Notes: a model not told the origin generated them from the sequence alone. Shown: positions 18,633 through 29,951, counted from the stretch's first letter. The stretch is DNA of 64,000 nt from Candidatus Krumholzibacteriia bacterium (GCA_050174015.1 JBFXKG010000002.1:192001-256000), one strand, 5' to 3'. Translations and numbers: made by a program.

Positions 18633-19775
18633 ATGAAACGCCAATCCATCACCCGCCTCGCATCCCTGCTGATCCTCGCGCTGGCGCTTGCGGGCCTGTT
18701 CATGTTCCAGGGTTGTTCGGATTCCGAGGTTTCGCCGGTCTCGCCGGCCTCGCGGGAAACCGACGGCCTCGTGCGGGAATTCGGCGCCCTCAATCCCCGC
18801 CTCCGTGAAGTGATGACCATCCAGGAAAGCTACACCCCGTCCCTGATGTCCTCGCCCGAGGTCATCGGCACCGCCACCACCTTCACCGAGGACGGCGAGC
18901 CCGCCGTTCTGATCCTGGTCACCTCCGAGAAGGCGGTCACCCGGATGCCGGCGAACCTCGACGGCGCCCGGGTGGAGATCCTCCTGACCGATCCCATCGT
19001 GGCCATGAAGGGCAAGCCCGGCGGCGGTGGGGGGGGCGGTGGCGTGAGCCACACGGCCATCCAGACGCCGCCCATCCAACTGGGCTGCTCCGGCGGCTGG
19101 CGCCATGACCTGGCCAACGGCTACTGCTGCGGCGGCACCCTGGGTTCGCTGATCCAGGTCGGCGGCCAGATGCGGATCCTCAGCAACTACCACGTGTTCG
19201 AGGCCGACATCGTCAACGGCGGCAACGGCCGCAGCGCCTCCACGGGCGACCCCATCATCCAGCCCGCCCTGATCGACATCGGCTGCAACGCAGCCAGCGG
19301 TCAGGACGTCGCGACCCTGGTCGTCTCCCGCGCGCTGCCCAACTCCAACGTGGACGCCTCCACCGCCAACATCATCAGCGGAATGGTCGATCCCAGCGGG
19401 GCGATCCTGGAAATCGGGACCCTTTCCTCCCAGACCGCGGGCGCCTTCATCGGCCAGGCGGTCAAGAAGAGCGGCCGGACCACGGGTCTGACCCGCAGCT
19501 CGATCAGCGGCCTGAACGCGACCATCAGCGTGGCTTACGAGAACGAGTGCGCAGGCGGGTCCGCCTTCACCAAGACCTTCACCGGCCAGATCGTCATCAA
19601 GAACAAGGCCAGCAAGTTCCTGGCCGGCGGCGATTCCGGCTCCCTGATGGTCGAGGACGTGACCACGAACCCCCGTGCGGTCGGTCTGCTGTTCGCCGGT
19701 TCGAGCACGACGGCCATCGCCAACCCCATCGACGAGGTGCTGAACCACTTCAACGCCACGATGGTGGGCAACTGA
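18633..19775 (+). CDS. S1 (chymotrypsin-like) serine protease lipoprotein with N-terminal prodomain
   Basis: FQGC lipobox; GTLG, LSNYHV (His), NVDAS (Asp), K-x-GRTTG, GGDSGS (Ser), VGLLFAG. Confidence 0.87.
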   Translation: MKRQSITRLASLLILALALAGLFMFQGCSDSEVSPVSPASRETDGLVREFGALNPRLREVMTIQESYTPSLMSSPEVIGTATTFTEDGEPAVLILVTSEKAVTRMPANLDGARVEILLTDPIVAMKGKPGGGGGGGGVSHTAIQTPPIQLGCSGGWRHDLANGYCCGGTLGSLIQVGGQMRILSNYHVFEADIVNGGNGRSASTGDPIIQPALIDIGCNAASGQDVATLVVSRALPNSNVDASTANIISGMVDPSGAILEIGTLSSQTAGAFIGQAVKKSGRTTGLTRSSISGLNATISVAYENECAGGSAFTKTFTGQIVIKNKASKFLAGGDSGSLMVEDVTTNPRAVGLLFAGSSTTAIANPIDEVLNHFNATMVGN

Positions 19776-19808
19776 GACCTTCCCCGGGATGGTTCTCGAG
19801 GTATGATG

Positions 19809-19836
19809 ACGGCCGGCGCCCATGGGCGCCGGCCGT
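19809..19836. repeat. Perfect 28-bp palindrome
   Basis: ACGGCCGGCGCCCA/TGGGCGCCGGCCGT. Confidence 0.85.
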
Positions 19837-19870
19837 TCCCTTGGCGAAAGAGGGCGAGGGGAAGCGAAGG

Positions 19871-20197
19871 ATGAAGAGAAGACACTTTGCAGAGGCGTTG
19901 ATCATCCTGATGCTGGCCGCCGGCCAGGCCGCCGGCCCGGGATGCAGCGACCAGGAGGCCGGGACCATGGAAGACCGGACCATCGCCGAGGTCATCCGGG
20001 ACCGTGCGGCCGAACTGATGGCGATCCCGGGAGTGACCGGAGTGGCCGAGGGCCGTACCGCAGACGACCGGGTCTGTCTGGTGATCTACGTCCACACCCT
20101 GACCCCGGCCCTGGAGCGGAACCTGCCCCGCCAGGTCTCGGGATTTCCGGTCGTGGTCGAGGAGAGCGGCGAGATCAGACCCCTGGGAAAGGGCTGA
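19871..20197 (+). CDS. Small exported protein resembling the adjacent protease prodomain
   Basis: Signal peptide then LMAIPGVTGVAEG...LP-x-x-x-x-GFPV-x-VEESGEIRPL. Confidence 0.75.
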   Translation: MKRRHFAEALIILMLAAGQAAGPGCSDQEAGTMEDRTIAEVIRDRAAELMAIPGVTGVAEGRTADDRVCLVIYVHTLTPALERNLPRQVSGFPVVVEESGEIRPLGKG

Positions 20198-20199
20198 CC

Positions 20200-21723
20200 T
20201 CACCAGGCCAGGCTGTGTCTGCCGAAGAACGAATGCAGTTGCCCGCGGGCCACGTCGTTGATGCGGTTGGACCACAGTCCCGCCGGATTGCGATCGTCGG
20301 TCAGGATGGGACCGGTGCCGGCGGGGGCGAACCGGTTGTCCCAGGCATGGACGAGGTGGTATTGCCCGGTCCAGCGCGAGTCAGGCGGGGCGGGGTCCTC
20401 GGCGAGCGCGAGATCCTGGTCGCTCGCCAGCAGGATGAGGTTGCCGAGACGGTCGGGCGGCTCGGCGATGGGCAGGATGAGGACATCGTTGAAACGTTCG
20501 GCCAGGGTGGTGGCCACCGCTTCGGCCAAAGGATCCCGCCAGCCAAGGGTCTCGAGGTTCATGGCCAGCAGTCCGCCGGGAACCAGGCGCGACCGGATCA
20601 GTCCGAAGACCTCCCTGGTGACCAGGTGGAAGGGCACCGAACTGCTGCCGAAGGCGTCCAGCACGATCAGGTCGTAGGTGAACTCCGCCGTCTCCCTCAG
20701 GAAGCGCCTGCCGTCGGCCTGGTGGACGGTCGCCTCGGCATCCTGGAGGTGGAAGAACTCCCGGGCCAGATCGACCACCACGGGGTCGATCTCCACCGCG
20801 TCCACCCTCCAGCCCGCCAGGGCGTAGGACTTGGCCACCGATCCTGCACCCAGGCCCACCAGCAGCATCCGGCCCGGCTCGGGCCGCAAAAGCTTGCCGA
20901 TCTCCAGCACGTCGGCGTAGGGGTAGGTCGACCGCCAGGTGAGGGGGTCGGCGATGGAGTGGGTGGCGCCGTCGATGAGCATGTACCGCAGACCCTGCCT
21001 GTCCAGGACCCGGATCTCCCCGTAGGCGCTCTGCCGGAGGGCCAGCAGGCCGCGGGAAGGTTCGGCGGTTTCGCGAGGGACCCATCCCTGGATCAACGGC
21101 AGGCCGATCGCCAGCGCCAGGGCGGCGCCCAGCACTCGCCGGGATTTCCGGTGGAGCATCAGGCCGAGCAGCGCGGTCATCAGCAGGACGGCGCCGGTCA
21201 GGACCAGGATCCGCCGCACGCCCAGCCCGGGAACCAGGAAGAAACCGGTGCCGATGGCGGCCACGACGCTGGCCAGGGTGGAGACGGCGTAGAGGTTGCC
21301 GGCGGTGCGGCCGACGCGGTCGAGGGATTCGGCCTTGAGACGGAGCGCAAAGGGTGTGGCCATCCCGAGCACCAGGAGGGGCGGGAAGAACAGGATGGCG
21401 GCCCCGGACAGGGCGGCGGTCTTCAGGCCCAGGGGTTCGAGCAGGTCGAGGACCGGCCGGACCGCGAAGGGCAGGGCCAGGACGAAGAGGCCGGCCAGAA
21501 GGTAGAATATGCTGAACCGCCCGAGATCGGCCTTGCGGTCGGCCAGGTGGCCTCCCAGCGCGTAGCCGAGGCTGAGGGCGGCGAGGGTCACCCCGATCAG
21601 CGCCGACCAGAGATAGATGCTGACGCCGTAGTAGGGCCCCAGGACCCGCGTGCCCAGGATCTCCAGGATCAGGACCGAGGCGCCGCTGACGATGACCGCG
21701 AGATAGAGGAATGCCGATACCAT
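20200..21723 (-). CDS. Fused membrane domain / spermidine synthase-like methyltransferase
   Basis: N-terminal TM block (LEILGTR), LLVGLGAG, VEIDP, DGR-x-FL, YDLIVLDAF, LTDDRNP. Confidence 0.88.
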   Translation of the reverse strand: MVSAFLYLAVIVSGASVLILEILGTRVLGPYYGVSIYLWSALIGVTLAALSLGYALGGHLADRKADLGRFSIFYLLAGLFVLALPFAVRPVLDLLEPLGLKTAALSGAAILFFPPLLVLGMATPFALRLKAESLDRVGRTAGNLYAVSTLASVVAAIGTGFFLVPGLGVRRILVLTGAVLLMTALLGLMLHRKSRRVLGAALALAIGLPLIQGWVPRETAEPSRGLLALRQSAYGEIRVLDRQGLRYMLIDGATHSIADPLTWRSTYPYADVLEIGKLLRPEPGRMLLVGLGAGSVAKSYALAGWRVDAVEIDPVVVDLAREFFHLQDAEATVHQADGRRFLRETAEFTYDLIVLDAFGSSSVPFHLVTREVFGLIRSRLVPGGLLAMNLETLGWRDPLAEAVATTLAERFNDVLILPIAEPPDRLGNLILLASDQDLALAEDPAPPDSRWTGQYHLVHAWDNRFAPAGTGPILTDDRNPAGLWSNRINDVARGQLHSFFGRHSLAW

Positions 21724-21792
21724 GGACGATGACCCCGTGGCTGCGAGTAAAACCCCAGCGAATCTATCGGGTTCATCCTACCACGAGATCGC

Positions 21793-22140
21793 TCAGGCGA
21801 GAACCTCGTCGTAGACGTCCTCGTTGAATCCGACCAGCAGGACCTTCCCGGCACGCAGCGAGGGGGCCCGCAGGTTGCCGGTGGAGCCCAGCAGGTGGGC
21901 CATGAGTTCGTCGTCGGACGGCTTGTCTTTCGCCAGGTCGAGGTCGGTGACCTTCTTGCCCTTCATGACGATGATCCGGTCGGCCGTCCGGGCCAGCTCC
22001 CGGGCCTTGTCCGCCCCGTACTTCAGGCGGGCGTTCTCTTCCAGTGCGACCGCGATGCCGTGTTCCGCAAGGTACCCCTGCGCCCTTCCCGCGCTCGTTC
22101 ACCCGTTGCGGTGGTAGTACCAGTCGATGCGCTTGGCCAT
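21793..22140 (-). CDS. Probable ArsC-like (thioredoxin fold) selenoprotein, 115 aa, U at codon 14
   Basis: GAGGAGG SD, then MAKRIDWYYHRNG-TGA-TSAGRAQGYL...KGKK...LLGSTGNLRAPSLR-x-GK-x-LLVGFNE; absent from ORF track because of the in-frame UGA (22099-22101). Confidence 0.85.
22066..22082 (-). promoter_or_regulatory. Candidate bacterial SECIS element
   Basis: CGCAGG-GGTA-CCTTGCG hairpin starting 16 nt after the UGA, G-containing apical loop. Confidence 0.65.
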
Positions 22141-22162
22141 GAAGTTCCTCCTCGTCGGGGCG

Positions 22163-23086
22163 TCACCAGGGAATGGCGAGGTTGAGTGCCTTCAGCTTGG
22201 TTTCGCACTCCTGCCGCTCGCGGTTGCGCGCGTAGCCGCCTTGCCGGGCAGGTTTGAGCCAGCCGGCGTCCCGGGCCACGGCCAGGGCGCGTGCCGGGTC
22301 GCCGGCTCCCAGGGCGGCCAGGATGCCCGTCTCGATGCGGGAGAAACAGGAAGCACCCAGCCTGTAGTCCTCGAAGGCCTCCCAGACGAGCGGGACCCAG
22401 CGGGCCACGATGTCCCGTCCGATCACGTCGGCGTACTCGCGGATCTCGAGCTGGGCGTGGGGATCCATGCGCAGGGCCAGGAAGTGGAGCAGGTTGTGCA
22501 GGTCGATCTTCCAGTAGGCCTCGGTGTAGGTGCACAGCGGCAGGTCCTTGCGGGCCTGCTCCCTGGCCACACCGGCTTCAAGGCGCCCGTCGTACACGGC
22601 CCGGGCCCGGTCCTGGAGCTCCGCCTCCTCGGCGGAGAGCCTGGCGCCGAGGTCGGCGGGGGCGAACCCGTCGCTGCCCTGCTTGTTGTTCTCGGCCTGG
22701 ATGCGCCACCGGTCGGGGGCGGTCCGCTGGGCGGCGTCGATGGCCACCGAGTAGCGCGTGCTCGTCTCGTTCACCGAGGCGGTGCGGTGCCTGATCCACT
22801 GCCGCCAGGCGTCCATGGGCACCCTGACGTGGAGCTTCAGCTCGCACATCTCGAACGGAGTGGTGTGGCGGTGCCGCAGCAGGTAGCGGATGAGACCCCG
22901 GTCGTCGGAGACGGCCTTGGTCCCCTGGCCGTAGCTGACGCGGGCGGCCTGGACCACCGCGGCGTCGTCGCCCATGTAGTCCACGACGCGGACCAGACCG
23001 TCGTCCAGGACCTTGAAGGGGCGGCCCAGGACGGCGTCGAGCTCCGGAACGCCGGGACGGGGTATTCTTTCGGGACGCGGGTCCAT
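22163..23086 (-). CDS. thyX: FAD-dependent thymidylate synthase
   Basis: AARVSYG, RHRHTTPFE, RQWIRHRTAS-x-NE-x-S-x-RYS, REQAR, LHNLLHFL-x-LR, HAQ-x-EIR. Confidence 0.96.
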   Translation of the reverse strand: MDPRPERIPRPGVPELDAVLGRPFKVLDDGLVRVVDYMGDDAAVVQAARVSYGQGTKAVSDDRGLIRYLLRHRHTTPFEMCELKLHVRVPMDAWRQWIRHRTASVNETSTRYSVAIDAAQRTAPDRWRIQAENNKQGSDGFAPADLGARLSAEEAELQDRARAVYDGRLEAGVAREQARKDLPLCTYTEAYWKIDLHNLLHFLALRMDPHAQLEIREYADVIGRDIVARWVPLVWEAFEDYRLGASCFSRIETGILAALGAGDPARALAVARDAGWLKPARQGGYARNRERQECETKLKALNLAIPW

Positions 23087-23102
23087 GCGATCTCCGTGTT
23101 GG

Positions 23103-25148
23103 TCAGTCGAAGGCCTTGCCGATGGCTCGGGCCACCAGCTGCGGGTCGGCGTGCTGCGGCAGGGTCACCTGCAGGTGGGGCTCTTCCTGCATGGCCTGCC
23201 GGATGGCGAATTCGGCGCCCGGATTGCGGGCCCAGGCCCGGCGGGCGATCCCGTTGTTGACGTCCCAGTGCAGCATCATGTGCAGGCGCCGGTCCGCGTC
23301 GGCCGAACCGTCGAGGACCATGCCGAACCCCCCGTTGACGACCTCGCCCCAGCCCACGCCGCCGCCGTTGTGGATGCTGATCCAGGTGGCGCCGCGGAAG
23401 CCGTCGCCGATGACGTTCTGGATGGCCATGTCGGCGCAGAACATCGAACCGTCGGTGATGTTGCTGGTCTCGCGGAAGGGGCTGTCGGTGCCGGAGACGT
23501 CGTGGTGGTCGCGGCCCAGCACGACCGGCGCGGTGATCTCGCCGCTTTCGATGGCGGCGTTGAAGGCGGCGGCGATGGCCCGCCTGCCCTCGGCGTCGCT
23601 GTAGAGGATGCGGGCCTGGCTGCCGACCACCATCCGGTTCGGTCCCGCCTGCCGGATCCACCGCAGGTTGTCCAGGTACTGCCGACGGATCTCTGGGGGC
23701 GCCGCGGCGGCCAGCTTCTCGATGACGTCCCCGGCGATGCGGTCGGTGGTCTCGAGGTCGCGGGGGTCGCCGCTGGTGCAGACCCAGCGGAAGGGGCCGA
23801 ACCCGAAGTCGAAGCACAGGGGGCCCATGATGTCCTCGACGTAGCTGGGATAGGTGAAGCGGCCGTCGGGCTTGCGGATGTCCGCGCCGGCCCGGCTGCA
23901 TTCCAGCAGGAAGGCGTTCCCGTAGTCCCAGAACCTGGTGCCGCGTTGGATGCAGCGCTCGACGGCGGCGAGGTGGCGCAGCAGGGAGGTCTGGACGCGG
24001 GCCTTGAAGGCCGCCGGGTCGGCCGCCATCATCGCGTTGGCTTCCTCGTAGGTCATCCCGGCGGGATAGTACCCGCCGGTGTAGGGGATGTGCAGGCTGG
24101 TCTGGTCGCTGCCCAGCTCGACGGCGACGTTGCTTGCCGCCAGGGCCTCCCACAGGTCCACGACGTTGCCCTGGTAGGCAAGGGCGACGGCCTCCTTGTC
24201 CGCCTTGGCCTTGCGGATGCGGTCCAGCAGGCCGGGCAATCGGGTGTGGACCTCGTCGACCCAGCCCTGCTCGTGCCGCTTCCTGACGGCCGCAGGATTG
24301 ATCTCGGCGAGCACCCCGACGCAGCCCGCGATCACCGCGGCCTTGCCCTGGGCCCCGCTCATGCCGCCCAGGCCGCTGCTCACGTAGAGCTTGCCGGCCA
24401 GGGGATTGCCGCCGCCGGCATCTTCGCCCAGGTACAGCCGGCCCGCGCCCAGGATGGTGATGGTCGTCCCGTGCACGATGCCTTGGGGACCGATGTACAT
24501 GTAGCTTCCTGCGGTCATCTGGCCGTAGCTGGTCACGCCCAGGGCCGCCATCCGCAGGTAGTCGTCCCCGCTGCTGTAATTGGGGATCACCATGCCGTTG
24601 CTGACCACGACCCGCGGGGCGTCCCTGTGGGAGGGGAACAGCCCCAGGGGATGGCCCGAATACACGACCAGCGTTTGTTCATCGGTCATCTCGGCGAGGT
24701 ACCGCATGGTCAGGAGATACTGGGCCCAGTTCTGGAAGACGGTGCCGTTGCCCCCGTAGGTGATCAGTTCGTAGGGGTGCTGGGCCACGGCCGGATCCAG
24801 GTTGTTCTGGATCATGAGCATGATGGCGGCGGCCTGGGGAGTGCGGGCGGGGTAATAGTCCAGGGGCCGGGCGTGCATGGGATACGCGGGACGGTACCGG
24901 AACATGTAGATCCGGCCCCACTCGGCCAGCTCGGCGGCGAATTCCGGGGCCAGCAGGCCGTGGTGTTCGGTCGGGAAGTAGCGCAGGGCGTTGGCCAGGG
25001 CCAGCTCCATCTCCCGGCGGCTGAGGATCACAGGCCGCCGGGGCGCCCGGCTGACGGCGGGGTCGCAGGCCGGGGGTTCGGGGAGGGAGGCGGGGATTCC
25101 CGCCTGCACCATCTGCTGGAACTGGGCGATACCGACGTCGGTGCTCAC
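23103..25148 (-). CDS. hutU: Urocanate hydratase (long form)
   Basis: NNLDP-x-VAQ, GQMTAGS, IGPQGIVHGT, GLGGMSGAQ, SDQTS-x-H, GPFRW, GRDHHD, HNGGGVG. Confidence 0.96.
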   Translation of the reverse strand: MSTDVGIAQFQQMVQAGIPASLPEPPACDPAVSRAPRRPVILSRREMELALANALRYFPTEHHGLLAPEFAAELAEWGRIYMFRYRPAYPMHARPLDYYPARTPQAAAIMLMIQNNLDPAVAQHPYELITYGGNGTVFQNWAQYLLTMRYLAEMTDEQTLVVYSGHPLGLFPSHRDAPRVVVSNGMVIPNYSSGDDYLRMAALGVTSYGQMTAGSYMYIGPQGIVHGTTITILGAGRLYLGEDAGGGNPLAGKLYVSSGLGGMSGAQGKAAVIAGCVGVLAEINPAAVRKRHEQGWVDEVHTRLPGLLDRIRKAKADKEAVALAYQGNVVDLWEALAASNVAVELGSDQTSLHIPYTGGYYPAGMTYEEANAMMAADPAAFKARVQTSLLRHLAAVERCIQRGTRFWDYGNAFLLECSRAGADIRKPDGRFTYPSYVEDIMGPLCFDFGFGPFRWVCTSGDPRDLETTDRIAGDVIEKLAAAAPPEIRRQYLDNLRWIRQAGPNRMVVGSQARILYSDAEGRRAIAAAFNAAIESGEITAPVVLGRDHHDVSGTDSPFRETSNITDGSMFCADMAIQNVIGDGFRGATWISIHNGGGVGWGEVVNGGFGMVLDGSADADRRLHMMLHWDVNNGIARRAWARNPGAEFAIRQAMQEEPHLQVTLPQHADPQLVARAIGKAFD

Positions 25149-25325
25149 GGAACGGCCTCCTGGTCATGGTCCTGGGCCGAAAGATAGCATATGGCCGGGA
25201 CCATCCCAAGGACCAAGGGGCGGGACCGTGGATTCGGACGGAGGTGCGCCTTCTGCCACCTGCGGAGGGGATCGGGAGACGAGATAGGATCAGTAATTGT
25301 TATCATTTTGTCATAAATATTGTCA

Positions 25326-25354
25326 TTTACACCATTCCGCTTTTGGTCGATAAT
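25326..25354 (+). promoter_or_regulatory. sigma70-like promoter pointing into a structured non-coding tract
   Basis: TTTACA-17-GATAAT, preceded by TTGTYAT direct repeats at 25297, 25308, 25320. Confidence 0.4.
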
Positions 25355-25360
25355 GATGCA

Positions 25361-25483
25361 AGGGATGATCAGCCGCCCTGATAGGTGCAGGCGTCATCCC
25401 ATGCCGGACCGCTCTCGCCCAACTACCCCCTGGGTCAGGTCCGGACCTTGCGATGGGGCGGGTCCTTCATGACCCGCCCCATC
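25361..25483 (+). ncRNA. Candidate small structured RNA (unassigned)
   Basis: Three consecutive stem-loops (25362-25400, 25404-25444, 25452-25483) after a promoter-like element; no well-supported ORF. Confidence 0.3.
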
Positions 25484-25555
25484 CCCGGCAGGGGAATTTC
25501 CATTCGAGCCCCTCCACGCCGACCCGGTCCAGGATCCGGGGATCCGCAAGCCTTG

Positions 25556-27712
<2,157 letters not shown>

Positions 27713-27755
27713 GGATCCTCCGTGATCAGGGGGGCGGGGAAGGCGATCGTCGGGC

Positions 27756-29153
27756 CTACTGGTACTCCATCCCCAGGAAGATGATGCTGAAGATGATGGC
27801 GCCGACGGCGAGGGGCGCGGCGAATCGGATCAGGACCCGCCAGCCGGCGAACCAGGCGTGGGCGTCGGGGTGTCCCTGGCGGACCTCGTCCCAGGTGTCG
27901 GACCGGGTCATGATCCAACCCGAGAAGACGGCGATGAGCAGGCCGCCGATCGGCAACAGCCAGTTGGCGGCCAGGTAGTCCAGGCTCCAGATCAGACCCT
28001 GGCTGGCATCCTTGCCGAAGAGGTTCAGGTCGGTCACGGGCCGCCACCCGCCCATGGCCAGGGCATTCAGGACCCCGAACACGGTGACTCCGGCTCCCAT
28101 GGTCAAGGTGGCCCGGCGCCGGTCCCAGCGCAACTCGTCGATGGAGTAGCTGCTGATGACCTCCATGAGGGAAATCGTGCTGGTCAGGGCCGCGAAGGCG
28201 ACGAGGACGTAGAAGAAGGTGGCGATGATCGCCCCGCCCGGCATCTGGTAGAACACCGTCGGCAGCGTGGTGAACAGGATGCCGGCGCTGGCGGTGACCT
28301 CGAAGTCGTAGCTGAAGATGATGGAGAACATGATGACGCTGGCCAGGACGCCGACCAGGGTGTCCAGCAGGCAGATCTGCAGGGCGGAGCGGGGGATGGA
28401 GTGTTCCTTGCCCATGTAGCTGCCGTAAGTGAGAATGGCGCCCATGCCCAGGCTGAGGGAGAAGAAGGCCTGCCCGAGGGCCTCGAGGATCGAGCGGCTG
28501 CTCAGCCTGCTGAAGTCGGGATCGAAGAGGAAGTCCATGGTCCGTCCGAAGCCGGGCGTGGTGGTGGCGTAGACGGTCAGGGCGATCAGGATAAGGAAGA
28601 GGGCGGGCATCAGGACGACGGCCACGCGTTCGATCCCCCCCTTGACCCCGAAGTAGACCGCCCCGATGGTCAATGCCATGAACAGGGCCAGACCGGTGAC
28701 CTGGGCGGGGCCGTCCGCCAGGTAGCTGCCGAAGTAGGCCTGGAGGGCGCCGGGATCCTGGGCGAGATCGCCGAGGGATCCGCTCAGACCCATCTGGATG
28801 TAGCGGAGGGTCCAGCCGGCGACGACGGCGTAATAGGACAGGATGACGAAACCGGCGGCCACCCCCAGGAAACCCAGGGCCTGCCAGGCCCTGCCTCCTG
28901 GCCGGCCTTCCCCCAGGACCCTGAACGTTCCCACGGGATTCAGCTGACCCCGCCGGCCCAGGATGATCTCGGCCATCATGATGGGCAATCCCACCAGGGC
29001 CACCGCCCCGAAGTAGACCAGGACGAAGGCCCCGCCCTGGTTCTCGTAGGTGATGTAGGGGAACTTCCAGAGGTTGCCGAGACCGACGGCGCTCCCGGCT
29101 GCGGCCAGGATGAAACCGAGTCTGCCGCTCCACTGTCCACGGGGTTGGGCCAC
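27756..29153 (-). CDS. Sodium-dependent transporter (NSS/SNF family)
   Basis: GFILAAAGSAVGLGNLWKFPY, GGAF, QAFFSLSLG. Confidence 0.95.
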   Translation of the reverse strand: MAQPRGQWSGRLGFILAAAGSAVGLGNLWKFPYITYENQGGAFVLVYFGAVALVGLPIMMAEIILGRRGQLNPVGTFRVLGEGRPGGRAWQALGFLGVAAGFVILSYYAVVAGWTLRYIQMGLSGSLGDLAQDPGALQAYFGSYLADGPAQVTGLALFMALTIGAVYFGVKGGIERVAVVLMPALFLILIALTVYATTTPGFGRTMDFLFDPDFSRLSSRSILEALGQAFFSLSLGMGAILTYGSYMGKEHSIPRSALQICLLDTLVGVLASVIMFSIIFSYDFEVTASAGILFTTLPTVFYQMPGGAIIATFFYVLVAFAALTSTISLMEVISSYSIDELRWDRRRATLTMGAGVTVFGVLNALAMGGWRPVTDLNLFGKDASQGLIWSLDYLAANWLLPIGGLLIAVFSGWIMTRSDTWDEVRQGHPDAHAWFAGWRVLIRFAAPLAVGAIIFSIIFLGMEYQ

Positions 29154-29243
29154 GGGATGCTCCTTAGGCGGGTTGGGACCTCGGCCGGTTCATCCGGCCC
29201 GCGGATGTGCGGCGGGCGGATGCACCCGGCTCAGGGAAGGGGG

Positions 29244-29273
29244 AGATTAGCGGCGGCGGCGGGGCGGTGTCAA
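29244..29273 (-). promoter_or_regulatory. sigma70-type promoter for NSS transporter
   Basis: Minus strand TTGACA-18-TAATCT. Confidence 0.55.
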
Positions 29274-29311
29274 GCGGCCGCGGCGCATCCTTCGGGCGCC
29301 GCCGGCAGGCC

Positions 29312-29341
29312 TTGCCAGCCCGGCGGGGCCTGCCCTATAGT
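29312..29341 (+). promoter_or_regulatory. sigma70-type promoter for YIP1 operon
   Basis: TTGCCA-18-TATAGT. Confidence 0.55.
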
Positions 29342-29382
29342 GGTTCCGCCCCCGATCGCAGTTTTCGTCGAAAGGAATTCCC

Positions 29383-29925
29383 ATGGCCGGCATCCTCGAC
29401 CGCATGATCCGGGCCGCAAGGCTGGACGCCTCCCTCTACGAGGAAGTTGAGAACGACGAGAGCACCCTGCCCCAGGCTCTCGGCGTGGTGGTCCTCTCCT
29501 CCGTCGCCGCAGGCATCGGCAGCTCCGGGGTGGCCGGTCCGGTCGGCCTGGTCGGCGGCGCCCTGGCCGCCCTGGTGGGCTGGGTCCTCATGGCCTTCCT
29601 GGCCCATTACATCGGCACCACCATCCTGGCCGAACCCCAGACCCGGTGCTCCATCGGCCAGGTATTGCGGACCACCGGATTCGCCTCGGCCCCCGGGGTC
29701 ATCCGCGTCCTGGCCTTCATCCCCGTGCTGGGCACGCTGATCAACCTGGTGGTGGGGGTCTGGATGATCGCCACCTTCACCGTCGCGGTGCGGCAGGCCC
29801 TCGACTACTCCGGCCTGGGACGCGCGCTGGTCGTGGTCATCCTGTGCTTCGTGGCCTACCTGATCCTGATGGGCCTGCTGGCCCTGATGGGGATGGGCGG
29901 CCTGTTCCTGGTGGCGGCCCGTTGA
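29383..29925 (+). CDS. YIP1 family membrane protein
   Basis: RMIRAA-x-LD-x-x-x-YEEVE, LRT-x-GFA-x-APG, AVRQALDY; about 5 TM. Confidence 0.8.
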   Translation: MAGILDRMIRAARLDASLYEEVENDESTLPQALGVVVLSSVAAGIGSSGVAGPVGLVGGALAALVGWVLMAFLAHYIGTTILAEPQTRCSIGQVLRTTGFASAPGVIRVLAFIPVLGTLINLVVGVWMIATFTVAVRQALDYSGLGRALVVVILCFVAYLILMGLLALMGMGGLFLVAAR

Positions 29926-29951
29926 GGGTCCTCGATCCCGGAGGTGCATCC

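Noticed and set aside
25432..25446. GGTCAGGTCCGGA resembles the SRP (4.5S) RNA core
   Set aside because: The required continuation AGGAAGCAGC is absent.
25385..25485. Fluoride riboswitch-like GATGACGCCT on the minus strand
   Set aside because: The 5' GGCGATGG..TTCGCC element is missing and no fluoride-related gene follows.
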